From assembly GCA_041640595.1 (NCBI GenBank), contig JBEPZY010000009.1:32001-96000 (forward strand): a stretch of 64,000 nucleotides of DNA, given 5' to 3'. The notes under the pieces were generated by a model that saw only the letters and a program-made list of their open reading frames with translations, did no database searches and was not told the origin of the DNA. The position numbers and the translations under genes were made by a program. This document shows, one piece after another, positions 1 through 9,543 of this stretch (position 1 is the first letter of the stretch; each line of letters opens with the position of its first letter). Source of the stretch: Gemmatales bacterium. Lineage in GTDB: Bacteria > Planctomycetota > Planctomycetia > Gemmatales > HRBIN36.

Positions 1-2768
1 GAAAGGTACCCGTAACCATCTGGAAACCGCCAGATATAACTCCCCTCCGCGAAAATCCGGTGATAGGTTTCGTCGCCGCCCAGGATGGGCTGGCCATTCT
101 CGTAGTAAGCGTAGAAACGGTAACCAGCATCCGGGTCCCAATAGGGGGTACGAAAATCGCGGTAATACATGACACCCCAGGCAGCGAGGTTATCATAGCG
201 TTCGATTCCAGCTCGCCGTACCGGCCCCCTGCCCGTGAACTCGTTTTCCATTCGCCCATAAACTTCGATAAACTCCATCGGATTCATATACAGGCTGGGA
301 GTATAGCTGAATATATAGCGGCCGAAAACCTTGGCGCGATCCTTTTGAAAGTTCGACCAGTCCGGTGATAAACTTCGCGAATATTGTGCGCCGATCTGTG
401 TCCGGGGTAGCGGGAAATGATCCCAGATCGCATCGGCGCCCACGCGGAAATCCTGATCATTCGGATCGTAAGCCAGGAACACGCCGCCGCGAACTTCCTG
501 CAATCTATAGATTCCCAAACGCAATCCCATATACGGCTGCTGTCCGAACGCCGGGTCCGTCAGTCCCGCCCACGGACCGAATGTAACCGCCCAGCTATCG
601 TAAGGCACAGTAAGGTCGGTTTCATCGAGATTGGTGTATAACGGCGTAAATCGCCAGCGAATCGGCGTGGGCCAGGTGTTATTAGCAGGATTGGCGTCGG
701 GAATAATTTGTTCAGGGTCCACGCTTATCTGCTGGGGAATGTCCTCCAGCTCGAGCACGATACGGTAACGGTTCGGGCCGATTGGTTCGACCAATCCAGG
801 CGGATCGCTTAGATCATAGTGCGATGCATCAGGGCGCAAAGGAATACGGTATTCGTGCGATTCTTTGCTCGGGAGAGTTATACCAATGGTGGTCGGCTCT
901 GTTCGGTTTCCTTTCTGCCGAACAGTAATTTCTACTTGATATTTCCGGCCACCAGTCCCAGGAAATTGCCGCAAAAGCTGCGGACACAAAATCGGAATGC
1001 TTAGACCTTGATCGGTTTCCCAAGTAACACGGACGTGCTCGATCGCCCAATCACTGATACCGACCTGGTAAAGCCAGTCATCGAAAAATTGTTGCCAGGA
1101 CTGACCAGTATAGGTTTCTAATTCTCGCTGGAAATCAGCCACGCGAAGGATGCGGAAATAATACCGGCGATAAATACTCCGAAAGAGATCAAAAAACGCA
1201 AGCTCGCCCAACCGGTTTTCGATCATTCCCAGGATTTTGCCTCCGCCGTCGTAGGTCATGCTGAACAAGGTCACCACGTGACCGTACCCAGGCAGGGGTT
1301 GAACGATAGGCGTTTGCTCACCGCGAGCCAGCGTGCCATAGTAACCGCTCAGGCGATAATCATTATAGCGAACATTAGGTGCCCAGCCATTTAACCAGCC
1401 CGGCAGATTAAGCAGGGTGAAATTAGGACCATATTTCTGGGCCATTCTCTTAGCGGTAAAATAGCTGACGACGCCTTCGTCCATCCAGGTTTCGGCGTAA
1501 CCGTTGGTGCCGACCACATTGTACCACCATTGATGTAAAGTTTCATGGCTGACTAAGTGGTCTAAATAACGTTCCGCGAATTCAGGAATACTGAACACAC
1601 GATGGTCAATCTGGATCAGGCCAGCACTTTCATTGCCATTCCACGGAAAATACGATTCGACGATATCAAATTCGTCGTAAGGATAAGGACCGAACCAGCG
1701 ATTATAGATAGCGATGGCCTCACAGGCATATTGTATGGCTTTTTTTGCCAGGTGTTGGTGTTCGGGAAAAGCGAGGACACGGACACGAATGCCGTCTGTC
1801 ACAGCGCTATACTCCTGAAAACGGTGACTGCATACTAAGCAGAAATCGCGTGCGGCAGGGCAGAATATAGTGGACTGCTTATAACCATTACCTAGTGGCT
1901 TCTCCTCGAGGATGCGGCCAGTGCTGGCGATTCGCTGGTTGTCTGGCAAAGTAATACGGACGTGATAGACTCCGGCCTCTTGAAAAAACGGTTGATGCCA
2001 GGGAATAAAGGGAGTGGGTTGCCAGCCGTTCTCGTCATAATAGGCAAGAACCGGGTACCAATTAGTAAGCATAGTGACGCCTTGATAATGTCCCCAGCGT
2101 CCTTGAAGTTGCGGTAACTGCAGGGTGTAATCCAGGATGACGGTTACCGACTCGCCTTGGGAAACTGGCGAGGGCAAGGGGATGACCAGCGCGGTCGGCA
2201 AATCAGGATGCCAGTGAAAGTCCAGGCGTTGTTCGCCGAGCCACACCTGATGAACGGTAAGTCGCTGCCCTTGGGAATCGAGAGCTTCGCGGTAAGCAGT
2301 GCGCAGCAATTCGAGCGTTTTAGCCAGCAAACTAAGCTCTTTCCCTTCAGCACGATAACGTGGGTAGGCATTGAACACCAGCTCGTGAGCAACTCGGCGA
2401 TGGCGGTTATGGAAGGTGGTGCGCTGGCGAACATGCACGCAGAGCTGGGTAAGGTCCAGGGCTATATCCAGCTCATAGCGTGGCAACCAGCTCGGGATGG
2501 TATAAGCCTCGCCGGATTCAGCCAGGGAGGACGAAGGCGAGCCGCAAGCCCAGGGGAGAAAGTCAAGTGCTGTGCCAAGCGCCAGGATCACTAAAAATGC
2601 CAGCCAGGCTGTTAGCGGCCATCGAGCAAAGAAATGCAAGGCACCGGTTTCTGGGCGCGCAAACCACCCACGGGCTGACCATAACAGCGCAGCCGAGCAC
2701 AAGCGGACAGAAACACCAGTCGTTGCAGGTGCTGAGGATAAGGGATTCGTTGTCGGAATACGCGGCAT
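1..2768 (-). CDS. M1-family (gluzincin) metallopeptidase with probable C-terminal Omp85/BamA-like beta-barrel; runs off the left edge
   Basis: Missing from the ORF track because no stop lies in the window. Manual translation of segments: ATG at 2768, hydrophobic segment (AWLAFLVILALG), in-frame HETLHQWWYNVVGTNGYAETWMDEG (HEXXH plus downstream E) near 1480-1550, and an aromatic beta-strand-rich C-terminal part (YYRDFRTPYWDPDAGYRF). Confidence 0.85.
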   Translation of the reverse strand, partial: MPRIPTTNPLSSAPATTGVSVRLCSAALLWSARGWFARPETGALHFFARWPLTAWLAFLVILALGTALDFLPWACGSPSSSLAESGEAYTIPSWLPRYELDIALDLTQLCVHVRQRTTFHNRHRRVAHELVFNAYPRYRAEGKELSLLAKTLELLRTAYREALDSQGQRLTVHQVWLGEQRLDFHWHPDLPTALVIPLPSPVSQGESVTVILDYTLQLPQLQGRWGHYQGVTMLTNWYPVLAYYDENGWQPTPFIPWHQPFFQEAGVYHVRITLPDNQRIASTGRILEEKPLGNGYKQSTIFCPAARDFCLVCSHRFQEYSAVTDGIRVRVLAFPEHQHLAKKAIQYACEAIAIYNRWFGPYPYDEFDIVESYFPWNGNESAGLIQIDHRVFSIPEFAERYLDHLVSHETLHQWWYNVVGTNGYAETWMDEGVVSYFTAKRMAQKYGPNFTLLNLPGWLNGWAPNVRYNDYRLSGYYGTLARGEQTPIVQPLPGYGHVVTLFSMTYDGGGKILGMIENRLGELAFFDLFRSIYRRYYFRILRVADFQRELETYTGQSWQQFFDDWLYQVGISDWAIEHVRVTWETDQGLSIPILCPQLLRQFPGTGGRKYQVEITVRQKGNRTEPTTIGITLPSKESHEYRIPLRPDASHYDLSDPPGLVEPIGPNRYRIVLELEDIPQQISVDPEQIIPDANPANNTWPTPIRWRFTPLYTNLDETDLTVPYDSWAVTFGPWAGLTDPAFGQQPYMGLRLGIYRLQEVRGGVFLAYDPNDQDFRVGADAIWDHFPLPRTQIGAQYSRSLSPDWSNFQKDRAKVFGRYIFSYTPSLYMNPMEFIEVYGRMENEFTGRGPVRRAGIERYDNLAAWGVMYYRDFRTPYWDPDAGYRFYAYYENGQPILGGDETYHRIFAEGSYIWRFPDGYGYL

Positions 2769-2929
2769 GAGTGTTCGAGTTTACGTCTGGCTCCCGGTGC
2801 CAGGCGAAACATAGCAGAGGACGAATGCCGGTCAATCGGAATCCGCTCATCCAGAAGCGAAAGGTGCTGCGCTATTTGCGATGCACGAACACAACTCGCA
2901 GGAGCAGCAAGTGTCTGTCTGCGTGGGTT

Positions 2930-3795
2930 GCATTGCGCCGCGCGGACCGTGCACAGCGAATAACATCCGGCGAATAACGACTGTTGAATCTGGACGGCGC
3001 GCATCAACTCGCCGTGGTTTGGGAGTCGCGCTTGCGGGGGCGATTCAGCACACAATCACGGCATACCTCGCCTGCAATTAAGAGCGGCGGGCGTCAGCCC
3101 GCCGTGGGTTCCGAAATCGCGCCGGCAACGGCGACCGGTTTTCGCGGGTGAATTACATTTGCACCGCACGTCCGGCTCCCGCACCACGGCTGGCTTACGC
3201 CAGCCGCTCCTGATGCACGACGTCGGTGCACCGAAAAAACCACATTCGCGGTGCACAATCGCTCGTTCTACAAGAGCGGCGGGCATCAACCCGCCGTGCT
3301 TCGGGAATCGCGATTGCGACGGCGAAGGGTTTTTGCGGATGGATTACATTTGCACCGCGCATTCGGCTTCCGCACCACGGCTGGCTTATCCCAGCCGCTC
3401 CTGATGCACGACGCCGGTGCACCGAAAAAACGATATTCGCGGTGCACAATCGCATGTTCCCAGGAGCGGCGGGCATCAACCCGCCGTAGCCGGCGAACCG
3501 AACCCAGTGCCGCGAGAATCACGCACCGTTGGCCGACCGTGCGATCCTGGAACAAAAGCGGTGCACGTTAGCCCACCGTGCGTCGCATTGCGCGGCGCGG
3601 ACAGTGCACGGCGAATAACGTCCGGCGAGTAACGACTGTCGAATCTGGAGCGGCGGGCGTCAACCCGCCGGGCCTTAGGAGTCGCATTTGCTGGTGCGAT
3701 TCGTTACACAATCACGGCATACCTCGCCTGCAATTAAGAGCGGCGCGCATCAACCCACCGTACTTTGGGAGTCGCGCTTGCGGGGGCGATTCCAC
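2930..3795. repeat. Cluster of REP-like palindromes (CCACGGCGGGC-N4-GCCCGCCGCTC family) in mixed orientation
   Basis: About 8 hairpin units near 2995, 3082, 3184, 3273, 3375, 3463, 3648 and 3738. Higher-order duplications (~2930-3080 vs ~3580-3740; ~3150-3300 vs ~3340-3490). Same family recurs at 55.3-56.1 kb. Confidence 0.85.
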
Positions 3796-3797
3796 GG

Positions 3798-3888
3798 CGT
3801 CATCAGACGCAAGGCTGGTCGCAGACACCTAGGGCCGGGAATCTCAGCTCAATGCGATCGGTCGTCATCAGACGGAGCGCTGGTTACA
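3798..3888. repeat. Direct repeat pair around a unique insert, period 65
   Basis: CGTCATCAGACGCAAGGCTGGTCGCA (3798) vs CGTCATCAGACGGAGCGCTGGTTACA (3863), 21/26 identical. Confidence 0.7.
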
Positions 3889-3927
3889 AGCGACCTTTGC
3901 GAAAAATTTTTTGCGAACAGAATTCTC

Positions 3928-4230
3928 CTGACTTATCCCCAGTTTTGACGGGAGCTCTGCTGGACGTAAGGCATGGGAATGATAACGGTTACTTCGGGTG
4001 GCTTTTTTCGGGGGCACCTTGAGCATGCAAGACCCGCCTGAGCTCCTTCAGGTTATTGGTAAAGGGCCGCCGACCGCCGAGCACGTGGTTGAAGTCGATC
4101 GCCTTGGCCGAAAGCCGGGATGATGCCGACGGGCGACGCTCGGAGCCGAAAGTGTCCGACCTTTCGTGAACGATTTACTAGCCAGGTGATACGAAAGAGC
4201 CCGCCTAATCAAAAACTGGGGATGAGTCTG
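3928..4230. mobile_element. MITE / non-autonomous IS derivative, copy 1 (IS4 family, IS50-like ends)
   Basis: Terminal inverted repeats CTGACTTATCCCCAGTTTTGA ... TCAAAAACTGGGGATGAGTCTG. Internal sequence homologous to 43052-43423. No transposase ORF and no clear target-site duplication. Confidence 0.8.
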
Positions 4231-4337
4231 TAGGTCCGGGGATTGAACTTAGGGTTGCCAGCACCTTATGAGTGAAGGCTGGGGGATGAGACGACTAAGG
4301 GAGTAGGTCGGGGGATTGAACTTAGGGTTGCGAGCAC
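4230..4337. repeat. CRISPR-like repeat-spacer-repeat (35 nt repeats, 38 nt insert, period 73)
   Basis: GTAGGTCCGGGGATTGAACTTAGGGTTGCCAGCAC (4230-4264) and GTAGGTCGGGGGATTGAACTTAGGGTTGCGAGCAC (4303-4337), 33/35 identical. Confidence 0.8.
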
Positions 4338-4590
4338 TCTCAACAACCAGGAGCCACAATAATTTATCGGTCGGGTACTTGAAGCAAATGTGCGAAGGAT
4401 AAAAGCCTGGCTTGAGCAAGGTGCTACGGGAAAATTAGAACTGATTGAGATATCTCCACAGCCCGTCGGTCTGGTTCTCGAAAGAGGTTGCGATAGACTA
4501 TTAGATGGGCACACGATAAAGGTGATTCTCGTGAAGGATGATAGGTCGGAGCTTGGCTACAAAATACTCACGGCCTTTGTGAATCCCTGA
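4303..4590 (+). pseudogene. C-terminal remnant of an RNase A-like polymorphic (CdiA-CT type) toxin
   Basis: Frame reads ...VASTLNNQEPQ*FIGRVLEANVRRIKAWL...IKVILVKDDRSELGYKILTAFVNP. The ASx / LxxN..I..WL / GY.ILTA[FY] pattern fits bacterial RNase A-like toxins. Internal stop, 5' end lost at the MITE, and directly upstream of a CdiI-like gene. Confidence 0.6.
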
Positions 4591-4627
4591 GCTGAGAGGC
4601 CTTACGGTCAGACCCGGAGGTAATGGC

Positions 4628-5011
4628 ATGAACTTGATTATGTACTGCCATCGCAGATGGCCTAACTTGTGTTCATTGATGACTATCTACTTTGGTCAAG
4701 ATTTTGTTGATTTCTTCGGGTCTCCGGAAGGGGCACTCCGTGCCATTTTCTACGGAACCCCAGATGAGGAATGGGCTCCCCTAAGTAAGGATGAGCTGTC
4801 GGCTGTCCTGCGAGAACTTGAGGAATTCATGGATTTCGCACGGGAGTATCTGCGCAAGCACCCAGAAAAGAAAGAAGATGTTGTGCTTGATATGCTTGGC
4901 TGCGCCTACAACACTTATGCGAGTGGTTTTACCCCCATGCAATGGCTGGAGTATCTTCGTAACCGTATACGGGAGCATCTGGAAAAAATCCAGAAGCAAG
5001 ACGCAAGCTAG
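4628..5011 (+). CDS. CdiI-like immunity protein (CdiI_2-type, partner of RNase A-like toxins)
   Basis: 127 aa with WPNLxxLxxxYFGQD motif and C-terminal GFTPMQWLxxLR. GGAGG RBS. Lower GC than flanks. Confidence 0.75.
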   Translation: MNLIMYCHRRWPNLCSLMTIYFGQDFVDFFGSPEGALRAIFYGTPDEEWAPLSKDELSAVLRELEEFMDFAREYLRKHPEKKEDVVLDMLGCAYNTYASGFTPMQWLEYLRNRIREHLEKIQKQDAS

Positions 5012-5130
5012 ATTAGAATTCGTACGAGCGTTTCCGATATTCCCAGGCTGATTTGTTCCCTCGAGAACAAAAACGCGCCGCGATTCTTCGCCAGCGATTT
5101 AGAGATCAGATCGGCTGGCAGTGGAGTTTA

Positions 5131-6429
5131 TCAAGGATTTTTGACGTCGTAGCAGTAGATGGTGTCCTGGTCGCGGATATAAAGGTGTCCGTTGGCCAGT
5201 ACAGGGTGTGGCCAGGTCGGGCGATCGCTGCGTTGCGGGAGCTTGAAACGACTAAGTTCGCGATAAGCTTTCGGAGAGGCCTCGACCAGGCCGACCACGC
5301 CGTTCTCACTAAGTACGAAAAGAAGTCCATCCGCATAGACAAGCGAGCCTTTGCCCACGCTGCGATCTTTCCACATAACTTCGCCGGTATCCCATTTCAG
5401 GCAAGTCAGAACGCTGCTATCGTAGCCATAGATATAGCCATCCACGAGGACGAACCCGCCGTGATGGTTTTTCAAGTTCTTGTTGAAGTAAACCTCCTCG
5501 GCCTTTCCGTCCGGCATCAAGCGTAATAAGGCGCAGCCGGTGCCGTAATCGGAACTATAGAAGATATGGTTGTCGTGGAAAACGGGCGTAGCGATGTTAG
5601 CAGTGCCGTTGGCCACTTTATTGTAACGCCAGAGAAAACGCCCGTCCTGGAGGCGACAGGCGTAGGCCCCGCGGCTGGTGAAAGTGGCGACCTGATCGAG
5701 ATCGCCAACGCGAAACAAAATCGGCGAAGCATAGCCTGCCGGCTCACGACCTTTAGTTGCCGGGTCTTTACTTGTCCAGACGGTCTTGCCGGTGTGTTTA
5801 TCCAGTGCCACCATAGTGGCCTTGTTACCGCCGGGGGTCACGATAACCCAGTTGCCGACTATAAGTGGCGATTCACTAATACCCCAGCCGATATTCGAGG
5901 CGTCAAATTCTTTCAAGATATTGATGCGCCAACGAACCTGACCATCGAGAAGCTGCAAACAGGTCAGGTCGCCATTAGCTCCCAGAGCGTAAACTAAGTC
6001 GCCATCAATGGTGGGCGTGCAGCGTGGACCATCCCCGTAGCTGTTATGATAAGCGTTGCCGCTAAGTGTGCGCCAAAGCTGTCGCCCGGTATGGACATCG
6101 AAACAAAGGATATATTCCTTCTCGTCCTTACCCTCTCCGAGGTTGCCCATGGTGAGAAGGCGCCCGCGGCTGATGCTGGGGCCGGAATAACCGCGACCGG
6201 CCCCCCGAGCTTGCCAGACCAGCCTGGGGCCATCTTTCGGCCAGCCCCGCAGGAAACCGGTCTCGCGCGATTTGCCGTTGCGTTCCGGGCCGCGCCACTG
6301 GGGCCAGTCGAATGCGTTTGACTGGTCTGGAGCAGGTGCCAGGGCGATGGAACGCGACGGACCTGGCAGAGTGAGTCCGATTACGACCAGGGCGAATAGA
6401 CACGCAGCAGGGACGCATAGTTTTCGCAT
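5131..6429 (-). CDS. PQQ-binding-like beta-propeller repeat protein (planctomycete BamB-like family)
   Basis: Signal peptide, DWPQWRGPERNG motif, repeated DxxTGxxxW propeller motifs, C-terminal WPHPVLANGHLYIRD. Confidence 0.9.
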   Translation of the reverse strand: MRKLCVPAACLFALVVIGLTLPGPSRSIALAPAPDQSNAFDWPQWRGPERNGKSRETGFLRGWPKDGPRLVWQARGAGRGYSGPSISRGRLLTMGNLGEGKDEKEYILCFDVHTGRQLWRTLSGNAYHNSYGDGPRCTPTIDGDLVYALGANGDLTCLQLLDGQVRWRINILKEFDASNIGWGISESPLIVGNWVIVTPGGNKATMVALDKHTGKTVWTSKDPATKGREPAGYASPILFRVGDLDQVATFTSRGAYACRLQDGRFLWRYNKVANGTANIATPVFHDNHIFYSSDYGTGCALLRLMPDGKAEEVYFNKNLKNHHGGFVLVDGYIYGYDSSVLTCLKWDTGEVMWKDRSVGKGSLVYADGLLFVLSENGVVGLVEASPKAYRELSRFKLPQRSDRPTWPHPVLANGHLYIRDQDTIYCYDVKNP

Positions 6430-6671
6430 GTTCTGGCTCCGTTGAGGGTGGAAGGTAAGACCCGCAGTCCGGTAGGCGTGTGGCTAAGGTGGCAGGGTCA
6501 GGGTGAAATGGCGTGGTGGGCGGCTGGTTATGCATACATAGTACGGAAACTGCGGCAACTGGACTAGACAACGTGCAGCATTGTCGGCATAAGCGGCGTG
6601 CTTCCGGGAGAAAGTGTGGGGGCACTAAATTTGGCTGGAATGGGGGCCAGCTTATGGGACACGGGGATAAC

Positions 6672-7454
6672 ATGCTGCCGCGACGACGTTGCTTGTCATC
6701 GAGGCGGGTATCCGAGACACTCGCTGCAGGCCTCGCTGTCGTTTGGTCGCTGTTGGCAAGCGCTGGTACATCCATCGGCTGGTCGGCGCCACCGGAATCT
6801 GGTTCGACAACGGCCCCTGTAACATCCAGAACTGCCGATGCGAACAAAACAACGGATCATGGGTTTTTGCGGCCGAGTGTGCGGCGTTCTGGCGGAACCG
6901 CTCCAGCCCAATCCGGCAACACGGCACGAGGCACGGATGAACGCGAAAGCATTGCCGCACGATTGCGACGAAGATTGGAAGTGTGCGATCGCATCAAGGT
7001 CATTGCACTGGAAACTGGTGATGCCCGGCTGGAGGCAGCAGCGAACGAAGTGGAAAACCTGATCTGGCAGTGGTACCTGGAAGAAAGCAGCCAGCGAAAT
7101 TCTGTTGTTCGCGGTCAATGGAACAGGTCGGCGGGCACCAGCTGGCAGCCCGGCAGCAGCTCCACCGTTCAGAGCTCGCAGGTGCCGTCTGCGGATGAAA
7201 ACGCATCCACTCCGCTGCGGTTAGCTAAACCCCAAACGGTGGAGCGGCCTGCTTCCGTCAGTAATAACGCAAGTGAGCGGCCCGCAATATCGCCGGCATT
7301 TCAGGAATTGCAACATCGTCTCGATCGCCGTGATGTCCACACCATCCGCGGCTCGTCGGCTGGCGATGTTGTTAGCCCGTTACGGTCCGAGGCACCCGCA
7401 AAAACGAGTTCGACAACACAGGGCAAGGCCGGTATGTCGGAGGAGTCGCCGTGA
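6672..7454 (+). CDS. Hypothetical exported protein
   Basis: ORF 6513-7454 with likely start 6672 (or 6654). Signal-like segment, helical core RRLEVCDRIKVIALETGD, low-complexity flanks. Confidence 0.55.
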   Translation: MLPRRRCLSSRRVSETLAAGLAVVWSLLASAGTSIGWSAPPESGSTTAPVTSRTADANKTTDHGFLRPSVRRSGGTAPAQSGNTARGTDERESIAARLRRRLEVCDRIKVIALETGDARLEAAANEVENLIWQWYLEESSQRNSVVRGQWNRSAGTSWQPGSSSTVQSSQVPSADENASTPLRLAKPQTVERPASVSNNASERPAISPAFQELQHRLDRRDVHTIRGSSAGDVVSPLRSEAPAKTSSTTQGKAGMSEESP

Positions 7455-7504
7455 TTTTTTCGCGGCAGGATGAGTGTAAGGGCTTCGGCGAAGACGCGAA
7501 AATC

Positions 7505-7882
7505 ATGTCGCGTCCGCATAGCGAACCCGCGCCAGCCGTCAACAATCGGCTCGGTTCGGTGAGGTTGCGGCAGATGAGCATTATTGCCGTCGCGCTCATC
7601 CTGGGAAGCTGGGGTTGTCAGAGCGTTTCCACGGGATTGCACGACCAGTTAGTACGGGGAAGCGCGGTCTCGCCAGAAGAAGAGCGGGAACAAGGTGTGG
7701 CCGGTTCGCGGTGGTGGACGAACTGGTTTGCGTGGCTGAAAAAAAGCGAAGCTGGTACCGCCTCGCCCGTTGCTTCGCCGCCCCCGGTTCAACCCGATCA
7801 GGTAACACCAGCGACCGCCTGGCACGTGTTGCAACAGTTGCGAGCCGAGGTCGAACGCGATCGCCAGAATCCGGGCGATTAG
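7505..7882 (+). CDS. Hypothetical lipoprotein
   Basis: Lipobox-like IAVALILGSWGC; follows the upstream gene closely. Confidence 0.55.
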   Translation: MSRPHSEPAPAVNNRLGSVRLRQMSIIAVALILGSWGCQSVSTGLHDQLVRGSAVSPEEEREQGVAGSRWWTNWFAWLKKSEAGTASPVASPPPVQPDQVTPATAWHVLQQLRAEVERDRQNPGD

Positions 7883-8102
7883 TTCTAGACAACCGCTGGA
7901 GCTATTGCAGGCATCCAGAGAATCAGGGCGAGCGAAGCAGCAGTGGCTGGGGTTTTGCGCAACTGTCCTGGCGGGGTTAGAAGGCCCCGCTACCTATGGT
8001 CGCCAGCTTCGGGGTCTCGACGAGCCTGGTGGCGCTGCTCATTGCAAAAGCCGCATGGCTGAAAGCAGCCGCCTCGCTGGTGCAAGGGCGCTGACTGTCC
8101 GA

Positions 8103-9365
8103 TTATTCGGTGCGCTTTGCCGCCGGAAAGATGCTGGCAACATTGTCATAGAGAATCTGTCGGGCCAGTTGCACAGCGTCCTCTTCCGACCAGCCGCGTC
8201 CGCGCACGTATTCCTCGGCAAGAACCTGAGCGAGCACCCGCCGAAACATGTTGAATTTCGGCAGCACGAATTCCAGCTTGTATGCATCGCTATAGTAGCC
8301 GATCAGCTTGGTTTTCGGCACACCCTGCAAGCGAACCGCCAGGTCCCGGGAGATGAAACCAGGTAAATTGCTGTACCACCAGTGCCCGCTGGCTACCACG
8401 TTGGGAAAAATCCAGCTGAAGGCGACCAATTCTGGATTCTGGCTGCTCGACAGCACCGAGACGCAAAAAACGACCCGCGGGAAAGCGTTGAAAAGCTCCC
8501 GATATTGCGACAGCGAGGTGCGCTGGTCGAACAAATCCTGACCCTGCGGAACACCGTGGCGGTACACTCCGCGCTGTACGCCGATCATCAGGTCGAAAGG
8601 CAAGCCGAAATCCTGGCAACATTCCGCGAGCGTCCAGAAAACGTAGCGGCTCAATTCGGGCGAAGGAGAATCAAGCCGCGGAAAAACGCCGGGTTCCGGC
8701 GGTAATGGTGTAAAATCCGGTGGCAGCGAAATCGCACAGGCACGCGCGCCATGCCGGACAAAGTGCTCAAAAAGCCGATCCAGAGCGTGGCGAAGTTGGC
8801 GAACCTCGCCGATTTCTATGCCGGTAGCCCGCGCCAGGCGCTGCCGCACTCCCTCCTGGTGCAGCCGAAACACCAGATCATCTGTTCGCAGGCACGGTAC
8901 GTAGAGCCGCGTATCGAAACCTTCCAGCGGATCGTCGAAGTCATTGGTGAGGAAAATTTCTTCGATGCGGCTGCGAGTCAGAACCTGTTTATCCCAGTCC
9001 GGGGCGGACATAACCAGTTCGGCCTTGTCCCACAGCCAATCCGCGTCTTCCGCGCTAATCCGCGACTTCGGAAAACCAAGAAAAGTTTGAGCAATTTCCA
9101 GCAACCAGCTTGCCTGCACCGTATTGTCAAAACGCTCCAGATAACGAAGCAAAACCCGGCATCGTTCCCGAGGGGGATAGTCCGGACGGAGCGGGTTGTG
9201 AGGCATTCCTGCGGAATGAGCTAATTCCGTGTAGTAGTGATAGCCGAGAATTTCATCCAGGCAGCGTGCCGCCGGCTGGTGAGGCGAAATGTGCGTGTGC
9301 GGATCGCGGATCGGAATTTGAGCAATTTGCTCATAGAGGCGGTTTGTCAAAGTGTCCTCGGGCAT
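8103..9365 (-). CDS. uxaC: Glucuronate/uronate isomerase-like amidohydrolase-superfamily protein
   Basis: IPIRDPHTH (DxHxH), GHWWY, YYSDAY and FRRVLAQVL...ILYDN pattern of uronate isomerases. Confidence 0.7.
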   Translation of the reverse strand: MPEDTLTNRLYEQIAQIPIRDPHTHISPHQPAARCLDEILGYHYYTELAHSAGMPHNPLRPDYPPRERCRVLLRYLERFDNTVQASWLLEIAQTFLGFPKSRISAEDADWLWDKAELVMSAPDWDKQVLTRSRIEEIFLTNDFDDPLEGFDTRLYVPCLRTDDLVFRLHQEGVRQRLARATGIEIGEVRQLRHALDRLFEHFVRHGARACAISLPPDFTPLPPEPGVFPRLDSPSPELSRYVFWTLAECCQDFGLPFDLMIGVQRGVYRHGVPQGQDLFDQRTSLSQYRELFNAFPRVVFCVSVLSSSQNPELVAFSWIFPNVVASGHWWYSNLPGFISRDLAVRLQGVPKTKLIGYYSDAYKLEFVLPKFNMFRRVLAQVLAEEYVRGRGWSEEDAVQLARQILYDNVASIFPAAKRTE

Positions 9366-9543
9366 TGCTCTTTTCTCCCATGGACCGAAAGACTATGCTT
9401 GGCGGCGGTCAAGACGCAAGGACGATGCAGGGAAGATAAGAACTTCGCTCCCCGGTTGCAAGAAGGCGCTGGCGCCAGAACTGGCCTGCGTTGCTGCGAC
9501 TGCTTGCTGGTTCTTAGCTTCCCCTACGACAGAAGGAGCAGGT

